A DNA stretch of 49,024 nucleotides from an uncultured Muribaculaceae bacterium (GTDB lineage: Bacteria > Bacillota_I > Bacilli_A > RF39 > UBA660). The notes beneath the pieces are model-generated. The model was not told where the DNA came from, did no database searches, and saw only the letters and a program-made list of their open reading frames with translations. Positions 43,473-49,024 of the stretch are shown here, piece by piece. Every line of letters starts with the position of its first letter. The stretch's first letter is position 1. Made by a program: the position numbers and the translations under genes. Location of the stretch: the NCBI GenBank assembly GCA_964546995.1, contig CAZJKO010000003.1, positions 1 through 49,024 of the forward strand, written 5' to 3'.

Positions 43473-43960
43473 TGAAGACGAAAGATCGCATTTATTTCTT
43501 TTCCTTTTTACTCTTGGTGATCGATCAGTTCAGCAAATATTTGGTTGTCCATTCTTTCTCATTTAATCAACCGTATCCTTTGATTCCCTCTTTTTTTGAT
43601 ATTCGTTATGTTCAAAATGAAGGTGGAGCATGGGGAATTTTTGCGAATGCTACATGGGTTATTACGATTGTCAGTTTCGTTTTTCTCTTTTTTTTAAACC
43701 AGTATTTATCTCGTAAGGAAACGTTTTCGAAGCTTGCTCCTTTTTCTTATGCTCTATTGATGGGGGGCATTTTAGGTAATTTTATTGATCGAGTTCTCTA
43801 TCAGTATGTGATCGATTTTTTTAGTTTCCATTTTTTTGGTTACTCGTTTCCGGTGTTTAACTTTGCGGATATTTTTATTGTCGTTGGTATGTTTTTACTT
43901 ATGATTGATTTATTGAAGGAGGAATATGATGAATATTGTCGCCACAAAAAACGATGTTAG
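43469..43960 (+). CDS. lspA: Lipoprotein signal peptidase (signal peptidase II)
   Basis: 163 aa with four TMs. Motifs: DQFSKY, YVQNEGGAWG, GNFIDR, FNFADIFIVVG. ATGA overlap with rluB. Confidence 0.9.
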   Translation: MMKTKDRIYFFSFLLLVIDQFSKYLVVHSFSFNQPYPLIPSFFDIRYVQNEGGAWGIFANATWVITIVSFVFLFFLNQYLSRKETFSKLAPFSYALLMGGILGNFIDRVLYQYVIDFFSFHFFGYSFPVFNFADIFIVVGMFLLMIDLLKEEYDEYCRHKKRC

Positions 43961-44819
43961 ATTAGATCAGTATTTAGCTTCGGAACTTGAAATTAGTCGA
44001 AGTAAAATTCAGAAATTGATTAAAGAGGGAAAGGTGCTTGTCCATTCGAAGGTTGCTTCTTCTAATTATCTAGTAAAAGAAGGAGATAACATCGAGATCG
44101 ATGATGTTCTATCCTTCGATATTACGGTGGAAAAAGAGAATATTCCTTTAGATATTGTTTATGAAGACGACGATTTGATTGTTGTCAATAAACCTAGTGG
44201 AATGGTTGTTCATCCTGCTCCTTCTCATTATTCTATGACGCTTGTCAATGCTCTTTTATACCATTTTGATCTTGCTAAAGGGTCTAGTTCTTTTCGTCCT
44301 GGAATTGTCCATCGTATCGATAAAGATACCAGTGGACTTTTGATTGTCGCAAAGAGCGAAAGGGCATTTGAAAAGTTGTCTCAAATGATTGCCAAAAAAG
44401 AAGTAAAACGAATTTATGTTGCTTTGGTGGAAGGGGTCATACCTCACGATACAGGAACAATCGATGCTCCCATTGGAAGAGATACCGTCAATCGTCAAAG
44501 AATGATGGTGACCGATGTCCATAGTAAGCTTGCGATTACCCATTTTAGAGTGTTAAAACGTTTTTCTCACCATACGTTAATTGAATGTCAATTAGAGACG
44601 GGAAGAACGCATCAAATTCGTGTTCATATGAGTTATATTGGTTATCCTATTGTCAATGACCCTGTTTATGGTAAACATAAAAAAACGAGTGAATTTGGAC
44701 AATTATTACATGCAAAAAAATTGATCTTTTCTCATCCCATTACAGGAGAAGAGATGACTTTTGAAGTCGATGTTCCTCAAGAGTTTTCAAAGATGGTGGA
44801 AGAATTAACTCGCATTTAA
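43926..44819 (+). CDS. rluD: Pseudouridine synthase RluD (RluA family)
   Basis: 297 aa with an N-terminal S4 domain. Catalytic motif HRIDKDTSGLLIVAK, plus GRTHQIRVH. RBS AAGGAGGA. Confidence 0.9.
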   Translation: MMNIVATKNDVRLDQYLASELEISRSKIQKLIKEGKVLVHSKVASSNYLVKEGDNIEIDDVLSFDITVEKENIPLDIVYEDDDLIVVNKPSGMVVHPAPSHYSMTLVNALLYHFDLAKGSSSFRPGIVHRIDKDTSGLLIVAKSERAFEKLSQMIAKKEVKRIYVALVEGVIPHDTGTIDAPIGRDTVNRQRMMVTDVHSKLAITHFRVLKRFSHHTLIECQLETGRTHQIRVHMSYIGYPIVNDPVYGKHKKTSEFGQLLHAKKLIFSHPITGEEMTFEVDVPQEFSKMVEELTRI

Positions 44820-45263
44820 TACGTAGATACTAAGAGATAAAGCTGTTGCAAATAATCCCCACAAGAGATAGAGATTTAAGAATTTGTTGCTTTTCTCTTT
44901 TAATTTTGTCGTCTGTTCGTAGAGAAAAAGACTTGTGATAAAAGTACCCATCGTCGATACAAATCCTAAGAATGTGTTTTCGAGATAAAAAAACACAAAA
45001 GGGAAAGATTGGTTGAACAAATAATTGATTAGTAAGATACGGTAATAAGATTTAGGTGGCTCTTTTATGCCATATTCATTTATAATTTGGTAAGAACTAA
45101 TGGCAATTAAAAAATAGATAATCGGCCAAATGATTCCAAAAATATAAGCAGGAGGAGCAAAGATAGGAAGAACTAATTCGTTATAAAATTGTGCATTTTG
45201 GACAAAGATACTCGATAGAAACCAAGGAAGTAATAGGGATAGAAATAAAAGAATTTTTTTCAC
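44805..45263 (-). CDS. tspO: TspO/MBR family membrane protein
   Basis: 152 aa with five TMs. PIFAPPAYIFGIIWPIIYFLIAIS and NYLFNQSFPFVFF fit the TspO pattern. Its 3' end overlaps the rluD 3' end by 15 nt (convergent). Confidence 0.55.
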   Translation of the reverse strand: MKKILLFLSLLLPWFLSSIFVQNAQFYNELVLPIFAPPAYIFGIIWPIIYFLIAISSYQIINEYGIKEPPKSYYRILLINYLFNQSFPFVFFYLENTFLGFVSTMGTFITSLFLYEQTTKLKEKSNKFLNLYLLWGLFATALSLSIYVLNAS

Positions 45264-45336
45264 GGAACGTTCACCTCTTTCTTTATTCTATGAAATAGGG
45301 TATAATAATATTATTCTTATAAAGGAGAAAATAAAT

Positions 45337-46491
45337 ATGTTAGAGCAAGAAGCGAAACAGTTAAATGATAGAGAATTTATTGTAATGAAATTGCTTCATT
45401 ACTTTATTACCGAGAAAAATTATAATCCGATTATTTTACAGGGTGTTGAAAATGAAATTTGGCTTGAGAATTTGACGAGTGATTATCAAATTGTTCGGAT
45501 TGTATCGAATTATATTCACAATGATGAACAGATGAATTTCGATCTTTTTAAGACGAAGCGTATCGTTCGTAAAATTAAAGCTAAGACATTTTCATTTCAT
45601 ATGAATACTCTTAGTATTTATACCGATTTAGGAGATAGTGCTTCCTTAATCGAAGCAAAGGATATTACGTCTATTAAAGCGATGAGCGAAGAGGAACTTT
45701 TGGCATCTAAACCGTTGCTTGAAACTTTTTCTGATATCAAAAACAAATTATCCTTTAGTGAAGAGGGAATTCAATTGTTCCTTAAAATAACGAATGATAT
45801 TAATGAAAAAAATAAGAAGGATGCGTCACAAGTCGAAGATGTATTTGCACCAAAGAAGCCAGTTGTGACCTACGTTCTTATTCTTATCAATATGCTTTTG
45901 TTTTTTGGACCAAAACTATTTGGTTGTTACGATGAAGTGATCGATCTTTTTTGTACACATGGTCCATCGATTCGCATTTTATCCGAATACTATCGGCTTC
46001 TTACAGGAGCGTTTCTTCATGGATCGCTTATGCATTTGTTGTTAAATTGCTATTCTCTTTTTGTCATTGGCAGTCAAGTTGAGAGCTTTTTAGGAAAGGG
46101 AAAGATGCTTGTTATCTATTTATTTAGTGCTCTTTGTGGAAGTCTTTTGTCGATTACCTTTAGTGGACGTTATGCTAGTGTTGGTGCTAGTGGGGCACTT
46201 TTTGGTTTAATGGGAGCCATTCTTTATTTTGGATATCATTATCGAGTTTATTTAGGAAATGTGATGAAGAGTCAAATTATTCCTTTGATTCTCATTAATT
46301 TGGGGTATGGGTTCTTGGTATCCGGAATCGATAATGCTGCCCATATTGGAGGATTAATCGGTGGATGTTTGATGACGATTGCCTTAGGAATCAAATATAA
46401 AAGTACTAAGTTCGAACAGGTAAATGGTATCATCGTCACTGTTTTATTTACGGCATTTCTTCTCTACATGGGACTTGTTTATGCAAGATGA
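45337..46491 (+). CDS. Rhomboid family intramembrane serine protease with a ~180-aa cytoplasmic N-domain
   Basis: 384 aa. Motifs: HGSLMHLLLNC, catalytic GASGALFGLMGA, and AHIGGLIGG (His). Confidence 0.85.
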   Translation: MLEQEAKQLNDREFIVMKLLHYFITEKNYNPIILQGVENEIWLENLTSDYQIVRIVSNYIHNDEQMNFDLFKTKRIVRKIKAKTFSFHMNTLSIYTDLGDSASLIEAKDITSIKAMSEEELLASKPLLETFSDIKNKLSFSEEGIQLFLKITNDINEKNKKDASQVEDVFAPKKPVVTYVLILINMLLFFGPKLFGCYDEVIDLFCTHGPSIRILSEYYRLLTGAFLHGSLMHLLLNCYSLFVIGSQVESFLGKGKMLVIYLFSALCGSLLSITFSGRYASVGASGALFGLMGAILYFGYHYRVYLGNVMKSQIIPLILINLGYGFLVSGIDNAAHIGGLIGGCLMTIALGIKYKSTKFEQVNGIIVTVLFTAFLLYMGLVYAR

Positions 46492-46499
46492 TTTTTTTT

Positions 46500-46528
46500 A
46501 GAACACTTTTTGTCTGTGTTCTTTTTTT
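46500..46528 (+). terminator. Rho-independent terminator
   Basis: AGAACAC-tttttgtct-GTGTTCT is followed by T7. Confidence 0.65.
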
Positions 46529-46621
46529 GGGTATTTGTAATTCGTTTGCATTATTTTGGATGGCTATGCTATAATAAGTGAAAACAAGAGGTAATCATTT
46601 TGGTGTGAAGGAGATTCGTTT

Positions 46622-47164
46622 ATGTTTGATTTTAGAGAAATTAGTGAATTTTTAAGAGATGCATCTAAGTATATTATTGCTGTAGTTGTACTGATTGTGG
46701 TGTTAACTTTTGTTGTTGCCTTTCAAACAGTAGCGGGTAATTCGATGAATCCTACTTTGAAAGAAGGGGAAATTTTATTGTTGAACAAGTTTTCTCACCA
46801 ATATAACCGAAATGAAATTGTAACCGTTATTGTCAATGGTAAGAGTTATGTGAAGCGGATTGTTGGGTTACCAGGTGAAAAAGTTGAATATATGAAGGAT
46901 GTTTTATATATTGATGGAAAAGGATATAAAGAACCTTTTTTAGCGAGTCATATTAAGACACATAACTTTTTATTCGAAGATATTTGTTCTTTAGAAGATT
47001 GTCCTGATGGAGTGATACCTGATGATATGTATTTCGTATTAGGAGATAATAGAGGTGAGTCAGAAGATAGTCGTAATAAAGAATTTGGACTTGTTCCGAA
47101 ATCTCAAATTAAAGGGAAAGTGTTCTTTCGAATTTGGCCAATTAATGCTTTTGGTGGAATTTAA
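46622..47164 (+). CDS. lepB: Signal peptidase I
   Basis: 180 aa with an N-terminal TM. Ser box GNSMNPTL, Lys box YVKRIVGLPGE, and GDNRGESEDSR. Confidence 0.9.
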   Translation: MFDFREISEFLRDASKYIIAVVVLIVVLTFVVAFQTVAGNSMNPTLKEGEILLLNKFSHQYNRNEIVTVIVNGKSYVKRIVGLPGEKVEYMKDVLYIDGKGYKEPFLASHIKTHNFLFEDICSLEDCPDGVIPDDMYFVLGDNRGESEDSRNKEFGLVPKSQIKGKVFFRIWPINAFGGI

Positions 47165-47172
47165 CTATTTCG

Positions 47173-47197
47173 TTGCTAATTTATAGCAATTTTTTTA
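47173..47197 (+). terminator. Rho-independent terminator candidate
   Basis: TTGCTA-attta-TAGCAA is followed by T7. Confidence 0.45.
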
Positions 47198-47357
47198 TTT
47201 TTAGGCGTTTTTTGATTACTATTTGTGCTTTTTATGGGGTGAAAAGCGATAATTTGTTGTATTTTGTCGTAATTGTGATATAATGTAATCGACTCAAAAA
47301 ACTTTATTTTATGCACTTTTTTGAAATTTTTGAGTAAATATTAATGGGAGGTAAAAT

Positions 47358-49024
47358 ATGCTAAACAAAAAAAGAATAGCGATCTTTGTCGGATTTTTAT
47401 GTTGCTTATTCTTTATGACAACATTTGCTGGTGGAACGACACAGAATACAGCTATTGCTACACGTCAAGTAACGTTCATCGATGGTTACAATAATAGTAC
47501 TGTAGCAGAGCAAACGATCGAAGTTGGTACAGATGCAGAAGTTCCAGATGATCCAAAGCATGATAATTTTGTTTTTGCTGGTTGGTATCTTTATGATGAT
47601 CAAGATGTTAGAGTAACAGATTTTACAAATATTTTAGAGAATTTAACTGTCATTGCAAAATATGCTGGAGATTTAAATGGAAATGGTATTGCAGATGACA
47701 ACGAAACGCGTTATACCGTTACGTTTGTCGATTCTTTTGATAACCGTGTTTTAGGAACCGATACTGTATTACCTGGAATGAGTGCAACAGCGCCAGTTGT
47801 ACCAGCACACGATGGTAGAACATTTGTCGGTTGGAATGTAGATTATACGAATGTTAATGGTAATATTACAACTAACACAGTATACAATTTGAATCAAAAT
47901 GTTCAAGATGAAACGGTTTTCCACAATGTAACTTTTATCGATTCTGAAACGGATGAAGTAATAGCTGTTGTGAGAGTTGCAGATGGTTTGACCGCACAAG
48001 CACCAGTGCCAGCTGTTCATGCCAACAGAGTGTTCGATTATTGGGATGGTAATTATAACAATGTTACAAGTGATCGCACGATTACGGCTGTATACACAGA
48101 TGATTTAAATAATGATGGTATTAAAGATTATTTAGAACAACACTATACAGTAGAATTTATTATTAATGGTCAACATGGTCAATTTGCAAACGATGCTATC
48201 CTAACATATGAAAATATTGTAGCAGGATTAACGTTTGATCAAATTGGAATTGTATTACCAAGTACAGTGTTAGAAAATGAACATTACGAAGCTTTATGGA
48301 GTGAAGTAAGAAATGGAACACTTGTACCTTGGGATACAACGAATATTGGTGCAACTGTTGTAAATGGTAATTTGGTTTATGCTGTAAGCTTTGTACCTGA
48401 TGTGGACGATAATTCAGATGGTATAGCAGATGCTGATCAAGCTAAATCAAAATTAACTATTTCTTATGTTAGTATCAATGAAGAAACACAAACTGAATAT
48501 GTGATTGAACAAATAGAGGTAGAGAATGTACTAGAAAAGATAGAATACTCTATTCCTGTAAAGACATTCGATCACTATACAGAAAAAGCAGGAAATCCTA
48601 CTAGTATTGTTATGCCAAATCATGATATGGAAGTAAAGATTTATTATCATGTAAAAGGCGACGATAACGATAAAAATGGAAGAGATGATTCTGAAGAGTA
48701 CTTCGACTTAAACGTTCAATACATTAGTAGAGGTACATCTGGTGAACATTTACTAGATACTTTAACAAAGACAAACGTGAAAACAGGAACTGTAGTTAAT
48801 ATTGCAAAAGATTTCCCTGGATACTTAGTTGATGCTGATCAACCTAGTGAAGTAACGATTACGAATAAAGATGAAACTGTCGTTATTTACTATCATGTCG
48901 ATGGTGACGATAAAGATAACAATGGGCGAAATGACTCTGAAGAATACTTCGATTTAACTGTTCGATACGTTAGTAAAGGAACAGATGGAGAATACTTACT
49001 TGGAAGTTTTGCTCAAACAGATGT
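47358..49024 (+). CDS. Large cell-surface repeat protein (adhesin-like), 3'-truncated by the window edge
   Basis: Not in the supplied ORF track because no stop is reached. I translated it manually from the ATG at 47358 (RBS GGGAGG) and found no stop to nt 49024 (555+ codons). Signal peptide MLNKKRIAIFVGFLCCLFFMTTFAGG. There are three VTF(I/V)D...G..A..P..P....F.GW units (Listeria-Bacteroides/InlB-B-type repeat pattern). Ca-loop-like D.N.DG..D motifs and MucBP-like units ending in (I/V)YYH are also present. Confidence 0.8.
   Translation, partial: MLNKKRIAIFVGFLCCLFFMTTFAGGTTQNTAIATRQVTFIDGYNNSTVAEQTIEVGTDAEVPDDPKHDNFVFAGWYLYDDQDVRVTDFTNILENLTVIAKYAGDLNGNGIADDNETRYTVTFVDSFDNRVLGTDTVLPGMSATAPVVPAHDGRTFVGWNVDYTNVNGNITTNTVYNLNQNVQDETVFHNVTFIDSETDEVIAVVRVADGLTAQAPVPAVHANRVFDYWDGNYNNVTSDRTITAVYTDDLNNDGIKDYLEQHYTVEFIINGQHGQFANDAILTYENIVAGLTFDQIGIVLPSTVLENEHYEALWSEVRNGTLVPWDTTNIGATVVNGNLVYAVSFVPDVDDNSDGIADADQAKSKLTISYVSINEETQTEYVIEQIEVENVLEKIEYSIPVKTFDHYTEKAGNPTSIVMPNHDMEVKIYYHVKGDDNDKNGRDDSEEYFDLNVQYISRGTSGEHLLDTLTKTNVKTGTVVNIAKDFPGYLVDADQPSEVTITNKDETVVIYYHVDGDDKDNNGRNDSEEYFDLTVRYVSKGTDGEYLLGSFAQTD

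Noticed and set aside
44805-44819. 15-nt overlap of the convergent rluD and tspO-like 3' ends as a regulatory antisense arrangement
   Set aside because: Short convergent overlaps are common in compact genomes, and no additional structure or repeat was seen there.

Overview
This 49-kb window comes from a low-GC monoderm bacterium (Bacillota). Gene content suggests a gut Erysipelotrichia/Clostridia-like organism, but that is inference only. All domain calls are by-eye motif recognition, not database searches. No rRNA, tRNA, CRISPR array, transposase, integrase or relaxase was recognised. The window has two parts.

(1) nt 1-26,030 is one long co-directional (+) accessory array. It starts with membrane-anchored and secreted surface proteins, a class B sortase and a secreted 746-aa protein with about 32 Cys. 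Next comes a complete Tad/Flp-like pilus assembly set: SAF-domain CpaB, TadA/CpaF ATPase, TadB, TadC, a Flp-like pilin, a TadE-like pseudopilin and a TadZ/CpaE-like ParA-fold protein. A Gram-positive type IV secretion/conjugation set follows directly: two VirB2/TrbC-like pilin-domain genes, VirB6/TrbL, VirB3/PrgI, a VirB4 ATPase split into two ORFs, a CHAP cell-wall hydrolase, a lipoprotein and a VirD4 coupling protein. A 580-bp AT-rich non-coding hub with 21-bp tandem repeats and nested inverted repeats splits the array. The Tad + T4SS + sortase combination in a monoderm is the most interesting candidate system here.

(2) nt 26,030-49,024 is mostly housekeeping: rhodanese, TVP38/DedA, RmuC, YbiT-like ABC-F, a BadF-type activase trio, YlmH, thermonuclease, RluB-LspA-RluD, TspO, rhomboid and signal peptidase I. 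Two toxin-antitoxin loci are interspersed: DinJ-YafQ, and a Panacea/DUF4065 antitoxin with an unassigned 152-aa partner. The window ends in the 5' part of a large repeat adhesin that runs off the edge and is absent from the supplied ORF track.
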